This document shows positions 49,140 to 63,100 of a DNA stretch of 64,000 nt, piece by piece; the first letter of the stretch is position 1; the number at the start of each line of letters is the position of its first letter. The notes under the pieces were generated by a model. The model worked only from the letters and a program-made list of their open reading frames with translations. It was not told the DNA's origin and did not search any database. A program made the position numbers and the translations under genes. The stretch lies in the NCBI GenBank assembly GCA_965113315.1, contig OZ220371.1; one strand, given 5' to 3'. Source of the DNA: Podarcis vaucheri (Eukaryota).

Positions 49140-51261
49140 AACAGGAGCACTCATGGTAGAGCTGCCTTCACTCGGGAGTCCTGAAACCAGCTTTGTGCAG
49201 GCTACGACTTCCAGCCAGACTCCCTTTTCAGGGATGGAAACTGGAATTCTGCCTGAACTGTCAGCTGTTGGCATCTAGCCTGCTTGGACATGACAGGTAT
49301 GGAGGACCATAAAAACTGAATTATAAAGGAATGGTCATACTGCCTCCTAAGTAGCTTTGTTTTTACTGCTAGAAGATTCAGCAGGAGCAAAAAGCAGATG
49401 CTTATTTGGTGACAGAGGAGTATAAACTTTGACAATGCCTATCAAGAAGACTTTATTCATTCAGCTCTGCCCAACCCAATCAAGGTCATCTATATTATTT
49501 TTCTTTCTCTAATAGACATATGCAAAGCCCACAGGTGGGATTCAAATTTAAATTCTTTCTGGTTTTCCCATTGCCCGGAGCAGATTTCTGAAGAAAAGCT
49601 GTGTACCAATTCAAACCCCATTCAGTTCTGTTTGCAACCTTTAGTGCTGCAGATATAACTTCAGCTAAAGGCTGCAAGTGTTTTGCTTGCAATCACATTG
49701 AATAGTGAGTTGTCTCATCTTAAGTCAGCAGAAACCAGCTTTTGTTGGCATGTGCTCATGAGAAAGAAGACTGAATTGTCCAAGTGAGTTTAAATATTGC
49801 CCTCAGTGGAGTTTGGTCCATTAAGTCAAATGGGACACTGCCCCACTGACCTTTGTCTGTTTTCAACCATTCCCCACTTGCTGACTTTCTTTCTTACAGC
49901 TAGATACCTGGCTGTCAGCTCCTCCTCTCCCCCCCCCTCGCATTTTTGCCCTTGTAAAACACAGCAGTGAGGACAACCAGGACAAAACTAGATTGAGTTT
50001 GCTCCTGCTCTCACTGCCTCTGACTCCACTTTCCTGTAACTCAGACTCCACCTGCTGTTGCCCTCCTTTACTTCTAGCCTACCAGTGTTGATGGGCTCCA
50101 GCCTCCTCTAATTGCCAGAATTCAGATGAAAGACACCTTGCAAGTGCCATTGTAGACAAGTACCTTAACTGTCAATGACTGCTTGTCTCCTTTTTTATAA
50201 AAATATTGTTCCTTCCAATATCTTCAAGGGTTTTTTGCTGTTCTCTCAGCCTACTGAAATTCCTTACTGAGGCTCAGCAAACATCATTCTTTCATTCATT
50301 GCACTTTGTGGCACAATAAAATAGATTTGGTTAAAATAGAGGACAAATGCTATAAAGACAGCAATAGCAATCTAGTGCTTGAAATATGGCTCCCTTGAGT
50401 AAATGAAAAAAGTTCAACCTGATAGGAAGACAGACAATGGCACAACCCTATTTAGTTGAAATATCCAGCAATATAAATGTAATGATCACAACCCAGCACC
50501 AAGTCAAGCCCATTTATTTCAGCATATGTGTTGGATAATGCCATGATACACAAAACATGTCTGACAGAAAAATCCTGGCATTAAAGGCTGCCATGTGACC
50601 CTTTTAGCAAATGGGTTCAATCAATCTGCATTTACTGTTCTGCCTATTGTAAAGCAAGACTCTCTGAGCAATGCACTTCAAGGTGAGATTGGCTGATTGT
50701 GTTTTGCTCTTCCACAACTAACTTTAACCTGTGTGATTATCCTTGGCTCACCAACATGGTGCCATGGGCACCAGTGTGCCCTCCTGTACCTCCTAAGGCA
50801 CTCATGAAAGTTATTGGTAAATGTTCTCTCAAAAATCCACAATACATGAAAAACTGTGCTTCCTATTTGTGCTGGCTCAGCCTCTCCCACATCAGCACAC
50901 ACACCCTTGAACATGACACATTTCATGAGATGCGTGGAGTGGACACCCACCTGTTCTAACCAAAGAAGAGATGCAAAGACTTTCTCTCATTCTGAGAAAA
51001 TGTGTCAGTAGCTGATGTGTATATTTGTTTTCCAGTTGATGGTAGGGGCATCTTCACACCATTTTGTGTTCTGCCACCTTCCCGTGACAGTATTTTTGTG
51101 ATGGTTGCCCTATCACATTCTTAAAATTCCAAAATTGCCCCTGAAAAGTTGGCAACCCATGGATTATCAACCGTCTTTAAATGCTTTCCATGTTCTACAC
51201 TTCACATGAAAATGGCATCTCACTTCCAATACCAAACTATCATGTTTGTAGCATCCTCATG

Positions 51262-51682
51262 TGTCAGGGAACTAGAGGCGGAGGGAAGGCTCTCAAATGA
51301 TGCTGGAGAAGGGCCCAGCAGGGAGAGAAGCAGCTCAGCAGATGGGGAAGCAAATCAGCGCAACACCAGGGGTAAAAGGGGGCAGATGGGGGAATCGGAG
51401 AGAGGGCTCCAGGACTCTTCACCAGACACCAGCAGGGAGAGCACGGGTCCTCCGCTACCCATGCCCTCCCTGCGCAGAAGACTTCCGCGCAGGGAGAGTA
51501 GGAGGAGACTTGGCGTCAAACAACTTTTATGTTGGAAAAGGTTTAAGAAACGCCCACTGACGGATTCTGCTAGCGACTGAGGCAGCCACAAAGTGAAGGG
51601 CTGTCCAGACAGAAAGGTTTAACAAGGCAACACAGCCAGGAGTGGCGGTAACTTATGCACGAGCAACCCCACACTCATTAGA
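51262..51682 (+). mobile_element. Probable LTR-like fragment
   Basis: Abrupt GC/purine-rich block starting tgtcagggaact, similar in style to the minus strand of the solo LTR at 16612-17303; 3' end unresolved. Confidence 0.35.
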
Positions 51683-52494
51683 TCATGCAAGCACAATATT
51701 GGGAATGTGGGATGCTGTTGTGACTCACTTTGGTTTAGGCTGCAAATTAGTGGTGGCTTCCAAGCTACCATTTAAAGACCAATGTCCTACAAGACTCATA
51801 ACAGTGTTCAGGATATACTTGCATGACAGAGCTCTGAAGAACATAAGTTTGTATGATTCAGAAATTTAATTAGGAAGTTCAAAGGAATAGGAAAGAAGTC
51901 CACAATGTTTGTTTAAAAAACTTTACATTTTCACAAAAATAGCATGTTGTGTTTCAGAAGTATGCAACCAAGCACAGAGTTGATCAAGTGCAATACTATG
52001 TGATAAACAGAATCTTTGTCCACAATGTACTAATGATTTGTAAACAATCACAGTGTGTCATCACCATTACAATGAATGCATCGCCTTGGATTTCTGTTGA
52101 AATATAGCAGTTTGACAACTCAGAATTTGCAGTAGTGGTATGACAAAAGTGTTAAGCAGCCAGAGAACACATATGGACTGTGAGTTACAAATTAAACTCC
52201 TATGAACACTGCAACAACAACAACAACCTCAGCAATAAGAAATTATTCAGAAATGCCCTAAATGCAACATGCTCAATTCAACTCAGATTATCACCACTAT
52301 GAAGAGCAGTTCAACTCATCGTGTGAATTGGCCCTGTTGTGCTGCAAACTGTGGACAGGATCCAAAGAGGCATGAAACAACTTCTGCAACTCCATGGAGT
52401 TTGTGTTTTTGTTGAGCATCAGTTCCCGATGCCACATGCCAAACTTCTTTTGAAACTGGTCAAAGTCTCGAATGTGATTTGCAATATTGCATGG

Positions 52495-52561
52495 AAGAGA
52501 GATAGAGATAGAGATAGAGACAGAGACAGAGACAGAGACAGAGAGAGAGAGAGAGAGAGAG
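52495..52561. repeat. (GAGATA)n(GAGACA)n(GA)n microsatellite
   Basis: Directly visible. Confidence 0.95.
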
Positions 52562-52770
52562 CGCAAAACCCACCAGACTAGCTCAAGTTTGCTATGTGAT
52601 CCTGGGCTCTAGGCAGTGAAAAAGCCATGCATGTACACAACCAATGTGAACCCTTTGTCTCCATTTTCTTCCTTTGTGTTGTTTCTCTTAGTATCCTAAA
52701 TGACAAACATAGAATGGAGGTTTAACAGAAGCAACCAAATGAATACAGAGGATGATTAGGAAATAAAAAC

Positions 52771-52772
<2 letters not shown>

Positions 52773-52816
<44 letters not shown>
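52773..52816. repeat. (TG)n microsatellite
   Basis: Directly visible. Confidence 0.95.
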
Positions 52817-52818
<2 letters not shown>

Positions 52819-53665
52819 CTGTTTAAAAAAGGAACTCTAAACCTGTGCATTTCTGGCCAAAAGTCTGCTATAAAAAGGATACCGAAATCAACAGAGCCAA
52901 TTTGTTCCATGAGTGGCAGCTGGTGCCCTGAAATCAGATAGGATGCAGAGACTGTGCTACAAGCCGCACACAAAACCACTGACCACAGTCAAATCAAGCT
53001 GAAAATACACACCCAGTATCCAGTGCAAGAACACATAATGAGTGAGTCATAGACACAAAGAGATTCATTAGAGACACATTCACAGAGTTAGCTGGCTTCG
53101 CCACCTCCCACTCTGAGATGACAATGATGGTGATCACAGAATGATTTGCAATTGCATTAATCTCATTTAAGAATGGCATTTTCTGAAAATCACCTCCCAT
53201 GGATTTAAGTTCCCATTTCACTCCTCAATCTAGACGATAAGAGGGTTGTGTATTGTTGTTGTTTTACTGTTGCACTAAGAATACAAAGAATTCTCACATA
53301 TTGTATGCATATATACACCCCAGGTTCCCTGAAGGAACTGGTGCATAAGCTGATATATATAGCATTATATAAAACTGTATGAAAATACTCATTACAAAAC
53401 TATGCTGCAGAAATATAGTAGTTTGGGACTTGACTTTTAATATGTATTATACTTATAACTTTTTATCTATAATTAAATAATATATTGGCCTGCTTGGCAA
53501 TATCTCATCTCTCCTACCTCAGTTGTCTGGCCCAGAGCACTATCTCAGGCCTAGAATTCTGTTTTTCTAGGTTATCAATTTAGCATCCCAGGCCTAAGTC
53601 ACGTCACCCCAGGACGGTTCCAGAGAGCAGGCATGCTAACTGAGACAACCCCTTCTTACCACATA

Positions 53666-53959
53666 GGTAAAGGTAAAGGTAATTGACTCCTGAACGGTCC
53701 AGTCAAAGGCGACTATGGGGTTGTGGCACTCATCTCGCTTTCAGGCTGAGGGAGCCAGCATTTGTCCACAGACAGCTTTCTGGGTCATGTGGCCAGCATG
53801 ACTAAACCGCTTCTAGTGCAACAGAACACCGAGACTGAAGTCAGAGCACACAGAAACACCATTTACCTTCCCACCACAGCAGTACCTATTTATCTATTTG
53901 CGCTGGTATGCTTTCGAACTGCTAGGCTGGCAGAAACTGGGACAGAGCAATGGGAGCTC
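53666..53959 (-). mobile_element. Sauria SINE, 5'-truncated
   Basis: (aaaggt)n tail, body homologous to 47855-48230, TSD accacata. Confidence 0.88.
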
Positions 53960-55659
53960 ACCACATACAACCAACCAGACACATTCACTGCCTTTCATGC
54001 CCAACTAACTTGGATGGACCTGATCCAACAGGCTTCCTTTTAATATAAAAGTTACCATGCACTCTTATAGTAAACACCATTGAATAAGTAAATACTATTG
54101 AGTTCAGTGGGACTTACTCCCTGGCAAGTGTGTGTTATGATTACAACTTACTACTCCCATATTAGGAATTGCCCAAGTTCATGCTACCATGAGACACCAT
54201 TAATTCTCATAAAAAAAATTCTATTAAGTGGACACCTTGTAGACCGGCTCACTACAATGTACCTGAGGGTTGTCTCATGGCAACACTGTCACCTCAGTAT
54301 ATCTGGCTTTAGTTTTAGAGGATCAGGCCCTGAGCAGAACAATACATTTGGGTTTATTTAGGAAATATTCAAGCAACAGCAAAGTTTCCTTGGAAGTGCT
54401 GTATACATATTTCCTTCCACTCACCCCCCCCCAAAAAAAAACCACTTTAAACTGGTAACCAGTCAACAGTGGATGATGAATTTTTCCATGCAAGAATGTG
54501 TTCATACACTAGTCAAAACAAATAAAGACAAGAGGGGTGTACTACAATGGTTCCAATTTAAAATCTATCATTTTGGCTTAAGCACCAATCCACTTACATT
54601 GTTGAGGTTTTGAAAACTTTTAGAGACACAAAGTACAGACAGGTACAGACAGCAGAACAGGCTTCCCTGTATGTTAGTGCCATCTAGTGGTCCTATATGT
54701 CTTCAGAGTCTGATAATATCCATTGCAAAAGAGAAAAAATAAGACTGAGGATAAATATTATATTATGTTATTATAAAATGTGCTACCTGCCCTTCACAGT
54801 CAAAGGAATAGCACATTATACAGGGTTCTCATCAGTAATATTCCAAGTAATACCCTAATGAACATTTCCCACCTTCTCATCTTTTAAAAAATATATAGAC
54901 AGCAATCATATATATTCACTGGGGATAAAAATCTTATCGGAAATAACTTTTAATAGATATACATAGGGAAGCGCTGTAAGTTGGTTTTACTCTTTACTCT
55001 GTGTCATATTAATTTCCGGTGTTCTGAGCATTAAAATTTGAATGAATGTAAACATGGAAGCAAATTCAAGACAGGATAACATTTCTGTCAACCTTCTGGT
55101 CCATCCCAAAGCATTGCATTAGCCAAGAGATCCTATCCATCTGTCACCAGGCAGAAAAATAATGTGATAGCAAATCTGTATATTAATAGACTCTTGGCCC
55201 AGTTCATGCAATTTCCTCATCCCTTTTGTTGTTGAGGTGGCAATCCAGCACAATAGCAGGTCTACCTATTTGGTACACCCATGAGCAATTATATCTGTTC
55301 TGAGCCTGTTCAGTGCTGTTTTTTGAAGACCACCCCTCCAGAATTGCAAAGCTCAGGGCCAGCCTTGTTAGATCCTTTAGTACTTATTTCAGAAATTTGT
55401 GTGCATGAGCACCACTGGACAAACTTTGAGTTTCTTGTTCATAAAACAAATGGGATTGTCTTTTTCTTATTTATACCATATTTATTAATGGATAATTGGG
55501 ATGACAAATTGTTTGCTAAAATGTTCTTGACACATTTCCTGCAGCAGCTAACTCTCATTAAAGGCTGGTGGAACTAATTATGCTAAGAGGAGATGGAAGG
55601 GAAGGAAAGAGAAAAGAAGGGAGTCAGTTTTTCTTTATATCTTTTGTCAAAGGCATGCT

Positions 55660-56510
55660 GGGACATAAAAAATGTAGGAAGAGCCTCCTGGATCAGACCA
55701 ATGACCCATCTAGCCCAACATCCTGTTCTCACAGTGCCCAACCAGATGCTGACAGGAAACTCTCATGCAGGACCCAAGCTCAACAGCATTCCACCCATTC
55801 CTGGTTTCCAGCAACTAGTATTCAGAAGCCTTACTGCCTCCAGCCATGGCTAATAGAATTTGCCTTTTTCTCAGCTGCCACAATGACCCTGAACAATATA
55901 TCATGGTCAGAAACCTTCACCTCACTGCTCACCCCTAAATCTAGATTGTTTATGAAGAAATAATAAAACACATGTTCCAACGGTCCTTATGGGACTTCTT
56001 ACATGCCTCCATGAAGAGACCTGTCCATTTATTCCTACTCTTTGCTCCCTGTTACTTAACAAATTCTTAATCTGCAAGAGGATCTGTCCTCTTATTCCCT
56101 GACTTCTAAGGTTACTCATGAATTGTTGGTGAGTTACCATGCTGAAAGCAATTTAAAAGAGCAAGTACACTATTATTCACCTTTAGAAATATGCTTGCCT
56201 ACACTCTCAAAGCACTTTTAATAGTAGGTTCATTAAATAGGACTTGCCCTTGCAGAAGTCATGCTGGCTCTGCTTCAGCCAGGCTTGCTCTTCTTTATAT
56301 TTGGTTATTTTATCTTAACAATACTTTCCACCAATTTATCCAGGACAGCAGTTAAGCTAACAGGATTGCAATTTTCAGGATTGACCCGGATCCCTTTTTA
56401 AAAATTGGTGTTACATTGGCTTTCCAGTATTACTTCCATTCATCAGGTACAGGGGGGTGATCTGAGCAATATGTTTTATATTTTGTTTAAAGACCAGCAA
56501 TTTCACATTT
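55660..56510 (-). mobile_element. CR1-like LINE, internally deleted RT fragments plus 3' end
   Basis: Minus-strand GIRGQILL.I.NLLSNREQRVGING and a CR1-type 3' UTR at 55665-55850. Confidence 0.75.
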
Positions 56511-56569
56511 GACTTCTGTCATATGATTTCTGGTGAATTAGTTGTACAACTGGAAAAAAAGAAACCCTA

Positions 56570-57168
56570 CAAAATCAATTTTGGATTTATTCCAGGTGCT
56601 TTTTGTAAAGACTATTGATGAGGAGAAGAAAGATGACAACTTCCAAACATTGCTGGATATGTACTCAGAGGACATTGATTCTGTTGTTTTTGAAGACAAA
56701 TTACAACACTTCCTGCATTGTGTCAACAATGAGGACTTTGAATCATCAAAATCTCCTACTGCCTTTTACAAGGTCATTATTAGTGGTTTGAGTGTCTCAT
56801 TTCCAAATGTAGAGACAACTCTTTAAAGGTTTTAAACCTTACCCATATTAAATGTAACTGGTGAAAGATATTTCAACACCCTTACAAGAGTCAAAGTATA
56901 TGTGTACTACTATATCTCGAGAATATTTAACTAGTTTAGCATTTTTTGTGATTGAACGTTCTGCATTTTAAGATGTAAATATTAACAAGTTGATTGTTTA
57001 TTTTGTGTGAAGCAAATGTAAAAAAAAACCACCCCACACACTATAAAGCTGATGGCTATCTATTTAGCTCCATCATATTTTCAAACACATTGCATATTTT
57101 TGGGTAGACTAATAATCATCGTCCTGAAGGTCAGTTCAAGAGCCTTGCAAACCATAAATCTGCCACTG
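56570..57168 (+). mobile_element. hAT transposon 3' remnant (dimerisation domain and probable right TIR)
   Basis: SFPNVETTL...LPILNVTGERYFNTLTRVK across a frameshift resembles the hAT motif FPN...LP.T..S.ERSFS.L.R.K; terminal taaatctgccactg. Confidence 0.7.
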
Positions 57169-59252
57169 TCCTCATAGAGGAACTAGCTGTGAACCTTTCT
57201 GCAGAGATCAATGGACACTTCCAATGTTGGATCTCTCTTTCCCAAGGTAAACCTCTTCTGCAAAGACATGTCTGTTTCTCACTCTAATGGTTTTGTTTGT
57301 GAGGCATCCAACCAACTCAGATCCCCATTCTGCATCTTTCTTGTGTCGTGGGATGAACCACTTACCATTGTTTTGTGGTGATTGGTGATTGTGGCCTAGT
57401 GTAGCCATGGAAGAATCAAGGAGGACTTCTAGTGGCTCCTTAGTCTAGGTAGAGGGGAAAGGCTGGAGCCCAACCTCTTCCCCACTCCAAGGAATTGTGG
57501 TAAAGGGTTAGGAGGGGTGCTTCTGTCTGGATGCTCAGACAGGGGTTGATAGGCCAGGAAGCACACACACCCCATGGTGTTCCTGGAGGGATCACCCCAA
57601 TTTGATGTATGTCATAGGACAATCCTTAACACAGGATTGACCCTGGAAATAATTTGCCAGCAGACGTGTTGGTTGATACACACCCAATGACTCATCCCTT
57701 GACTCCCAGTGACTATGGGCTCACTGCACAGTAGGATGCCCAATAATATCTAAACCAAGGGATGTAAACAGTGCAGTGAATACCTCTGTCCCACTTTCTT
57801 TCTTAAAAAATCAACTGCTTAAATTTTGATAAAGTTTTGGTATGTTCACACCTTACTCAGCATTAACAATTCCCATACCTAACCAGATCGAAGCTGATAG
57901 TTTAAGCCCTTTTGCAGCTGAAGATCAGGAGAGAGGTTAAGTGACTCTCAGCTCCCTATTTTTTACCTTTTAAAAAATGAGAGAGAAATATTTAATGGTC
58001 CCATGGAATGGTCTGAGAGCACATAACGCAGTCACCACACTAAAACTGAGCAGGTGTGAGTCTGATCAGTGGCTGGATGTAAAATTTCTGGGAAACTTCT
58101 TAGAGTTCTGAGATGAAGGAAAGGCTTGATATTAAAGTACAAAATAAACAGGTACCTCAGTCCACAGCAGCGTAGTTTGGGATATTAGGAAGGGAAGAGG
58201 AAATGGGTGTGCTGAACAAATGATTCCAACCTTCAAAACAAACTCCATTCAAACAGTATTCTAGGAAAGACTGGTGTGAATGCTTTTGCTTCTGTTCAGA
58301 TGCCATTATGAGGTTTGGGACATGGAATTTTGCAAAATGGATTTTTTTAGTTATGATAATAGAAATATTATATGAAGTTTCGAGGGACTATTTGGGTCAA
58401 TGAAAGAAGCTGATAATATAAAGAACAGGTGAAGCTTGTAATCACAATACCTCAGAAATCACCTTTGTCTTCATAGCTATATTCTCTGACCTTCTGGGAG
58501 GTATTACACCTTTCAGTGTGTCACAGAAAGTAATTTATAAGTTTGTACTAAGGGCCAAAGTAAAGTATCTGAGCTACACAGTTCCTAACAGAGAGCCTCA
58601 TAAAAGATAAATTGGGAAAAACAACCCACTCAGTGCTTTAAAGAGCCCATTCTCTCAAGAGGTCATTGAAGACAAATAAATTTCGTAGGTCTTTCCTAAG
58701 CAATATTTTAGGTGTAGTTAATATGTCCCTGAATACCAGTAACAAGTAGATGCAAAGGTCAATTTATTAATATATTTTCAATGGAGTCTTTATTAAGCAG
58801 CAGACTCCTTGTTCAGCATCCAACTCATTGTAGGGGGGTTGGGTGGGAATCAGAGCATCAGTTCTAGGGAGGAACCTGTCCCGCCGATTCATACATTTCA
58901 GACACCTGGCTAAGCAATATTCAGTTAGCCAAATGTCCTTGGAAGCTATTTTACTTCTAACTCCAATGCAGGCCAAAAATAACTTTTCGACCTGGTGGGA
59001 AGCAGGAAAGTCCCACACCCCAGCTAACAGTCAGATGAAGTATGACCTCACAATCTATGGTTCAGTTCAATTTAAAACTCACTTTTTCCATACCTTTATC
59101 TGTTGTTCTTTTGTTTGGCCTAGCCATCTCCCAACCTAAGGAATGCAACAAAACCTCAGAAACAGATTTGTGATGGAGACATGTCACCTACTACCAGCTG
59201 ATAGTAAGTTGCTTGACTTTGATGTGAAAAAGATGCAAAATAGATGATTGTT

Positions 59253-59356
59253 TAGAATACAGTTACAGATGGGTAGCCGTGTTGGTCTGCCATAGTCCAA
59301 ATAAAAAAATTCCTTCCTGTAGCACCTTAAAGACCAACTAAGTTAGTTCTTGGTAT
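59253..59356. mobile_element. Penelope-like element terminal fragment
   Basis: gtagccgtgttggtctgc...gtagcaccttaaagaccaact, which I recall as typical of squamate Penelope-like ends. Confidence 0.55.
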
Positions 59357-60190
59357 AATGTGGTGGGGTTGCAAGAAGATAAAAAGCTTTTGGGACCTCA
59401 TATATAATGAATTTTTAAAATTGTTCAAGATAACGTATAGCAAAAGACCAGAAGCCTTCCTCTTAGGCAGACACCCCCAACCTGCAGCCCTCCAGATGGT
59501 TTGGCCTATAACTCCCATGATCCCTAGCTAACAGGACTAGTGGTCAGGGATGATGGGAATTGTAGTCCAAAACATCTGGAGGGCCGAAGGTTGGGGATGC
59601 CTGCTCTTAGGTATAATGGCACCAGACATCCCAAGAAAGAAAAGAAGAATCTTTTTATATGCTACAATGGCAGCAAGGATGTTGGTTGCCAAGGGGTGGA
59701 AGGGAGATAAAATTCCATCAAAAGAGGAGTGGCAAGTAAAACTGTTAGAGTATATGGAATTAGCATATATAATGGGGGGGAATAGAGATTGATTGACACA
59801 AACGTTTAAAGAGGAGTGGGAAATGTATAAACAATATCTAAAAGAACAGTGTCCTCACATAAAAACTTTAGAATGCTTCACATAACTCTCAAATTGAAAT
59901 AAGGTAAAAAGAATATAAAAAAGACTTAGTACAGATCAAATTTATTGGACTATCAGAGGCAAGGAATCGAGGAAACAAGGACCTATATCAAGGAAGTCGG
60001 AAGTTGAAATATTTCTGTGCATTGATAAAGCAATGTTACATATTTTTATTTGTTTGTAAAAGATGTATATTTTTTCTTATGTATAATTTTGCTATGTCTT
60101 TGTTTTGTTTTTTTCTTCTTTGATCTTTTTTCTAAATGTTCTTTGTGTGTATGTGTTGATTTTAAACCAATAAAGAGTAATATTAAAAAA
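59357..60190 (+). mobile_element. L1-like LINE 3' fragment interrupted by a MITE
   Basis: MWWGCKKIKSFW...PEAFLLG|IMAP...FLYATMAARMLVAKGWK; 3' UTR with AATAAA at ~60169. Confidence 0.85.
59468..59603. mobile_element. hAT-family MITE
   Basis: Near-palindromic, termini cagacacccccaacct / aggttggggatgcctg; 8-bp TSD ctcttagg; removing it restores the L1 frame. Confidence 0.9.
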
Positions 60191-63100
60191 TTGCCCTGCT
60201 CCAAAGTAATCACAGTAACACTCTACACATGAATAACGCAGGGCTGGTGTGTATTTAGATGTATGTATATAGGGTCTGTGCATTGGTTTGCTAAAAGTGT
60301 GGAGGAAGGGCTGGGATCAGAAGGCATGTCACTGATCTCTCTCTCACACGCAACCATTCTATCTGAATACATACTTGAACGTGGCTCCTGTGATAGGGAA
60401 AAATGAAGAAGCCGGTGTAGAAGTTAGTAAGTCATTTTTGAAAGATGAAAACAAAGCATCCATCAAGAAAATGGCTATTAATTAGTCTTTGGTGACACTT
60501 TCTTTGCGGTGTGGGGGGAGGGCCGAATCACCACCTGGACTATGTAGCTCTATGTATGGCCTCACACAACCAACCCAGCACCCTATTTTTAGAGCTGTCT
60601 ATGATAAAGAGGACAGAGCAAAGTCTAATCAATGGTTATGTCCATATACCAGTGGGAAGAACACCTAAAGAGACATGCTTGATGACCAAAGTCTACCAGA
60701 CTGGATAATGTGGCTGCATAGTTTCAGAGCAGCTGATGGGAACCTCAAGAGTTTAATTGACACTAAGGGTCTAACATTAAATAATTTTTTTGCACGTAAT
60801 GCTGCTATCTGTTTCAAATAAATATATTTCCTGGGGGTATGTCCTGGAAGCAGACTTTCTAATGATCCAGCACGAGAAACTCAGTAGCCTGTCAGCTTGG
60901 AAATTTATTGTTATTGTCACATTTTTGTAGAGATGTTTGCACAAACAGCTGTTTGTCTTTGGTAAACCACGCCAAGTAGCTGATATTTTAATAGAAGCTT
61001 TTTTTATTGTCATCGTTGCTTTCTCAGGAAAGTTGGGCTTATTTGTGAAACCTCAAGTGAAGCAACTCGGGGATGCAAATTTGCAGCATGTGATGTGGGA
61101 GCCCTTCAAAGGGAGCCTTTCTCCACAGGGTAGGTGGTTAGAGTCCTTTTGCCAGATACGTACTTCAAAAAGTGCAGAGAGCTGTGAATCAATAAAATGC
61201 TTGTGTACTTTACAAACTTGGAAGTATTGCTCTTCTTCATCAGAGTTTACAACTCTTTCCTAAAACAAAACCCAGCCATTATGACAAACTATTCTCAGCT
61301 CACCACCTGACGTTTTACAACTCACTCTGTAATTGTTCCAAGGCAGCAGCCATGTGTGGAGGACTGAGAGAGACAAACACATTGAGCAGGTTGTGACTGT
61401 TGTGTGGTAATAAAATTTGAAAAGCTAAGAGGGGAAACTTACTTCACGACAGGGCAGAGGGCCACAAGTGGAAGCTGCATTCCCCAATTGGATGCTTCCT
61501 CAGCCCACAATATCCAGTTAATTGATTTTCCACATAACAGGAACACAGTAGGAACATAAGTATCTAATATTAATTTATTAAGAGTATTTTTAGTATTATC
61601 TCTTTCTTGCTTATTGAGAATATTTTCCATCATGCAATCCCAGAGTGCGATGCAACACAATCAAAACATGGACAAATTTTAATAGCATTAAAATAGAACT
61701 AATTACAATACAACCAAGAACAGGTAAAAAATCAACATGTTCATTCACCCACGGCGGCCTTGTTCTAGTGACAGACTATGTATGACGAAAGTGAAAAGCC
61801 TGTAAAAAAAAAAATGGACACACAGGTAGGTTTCTACTTGAGTGCTGAAATGCCAAAATAATTGCTGCGTGTCATACTGTACATCAGGAGGGAGGCCACT
61901 TCAGAACTGTGGTGCCACCACAAGGAAGGTCTTATCTCACATCACCACACAATGTACTTCTCCCAATAATGGGACAATGAGAAGGGCCTTTTGCTATGTT
62001 GGTGAACACGTGACCCTCCAAATGTAGTTAGACCACAATCCCATCATTCCTAACCAACCATTGACCATGCTGGCTAGCTCCTTGATTGGAAACTGGCTCA
62101 AAAATAACCTCTAGGAGACACCAGGGGAGGGCTGCTGCCTTAATGCCCTGCTTTTGCTTTGCACAGAAACCACTGATGGAAGGTGATGTTGGACTAGGTG
62201 AACCCTTGATCTGATTCAATGGGGTCTTTTTTTATCTGGATATATTAAGAGAGATCTGTAAAACATGTTGTGCAAAATATAATTCATATAAAACAACTGT
62301 AATGTCTTCCTTCCTACTACAAAATTTAAGAAAACATAACAGCATTTATTTAGTGTTGCTAACCCATTCTACATCCTAAAAAACAACAGACAATTCACTC
62401 TTTAGCACAGTTCAGTAGGACAGTTCAAGCCAAGCAGAGAATGCTATCATTCTAGTGAAATCACAGTGCATTTTCCATAAGGAAATCTTTACGAATAACA
62501 TGTCTTTCTTTCTACTAATGATTTGGGTGAGGAAGGTAGGCAGCCAAGTCTCTCTTATTTGCTTTGGAAGGTCAGCTCTGTCATTTAGCATCTACGGTTT
62601 TTCCCCATTATAATTATGAGGCATGTCTGAATCCTTCAATGGTGGGTGGACAATTTCACATGTCAAAACTTTCCTTTCAGGTAATAACAAAACGGCATGA
62701 ATGGCAAAGGTGTTCCATGAACCTTCAAATTAAATAGCCCTACATCATATTGGTTGTTCAGCTGAAATAACCAGCTAGGCAGTAGTGCTTATGGAAAGAC
62801 CCCAGGAAGAGAGAGAGTGATTAAACGGGACTAGTATTTAGTCTTTCAAGCATGGAAACCATACTTTGGCACCCCAAAAAAGAGGGGAAAGAGAACCATT
62901 TGTGCAATATTAATATAATAATAAGTGTTATGTGAAAGTATTAATGATGCTTAAAGAAAGAGATGGAAGTAGGGGGGGTGGAGTCTCCTGATTCCCACCA
63001 CATCTTCAAAAGGCCATTCATTGTGTGCTTTGACTTTTGTTCTAAGAAGAAATTGTGTGGTCTGTAGAAGTCAACGTGAAATAACACTGGAGCCTTGACT

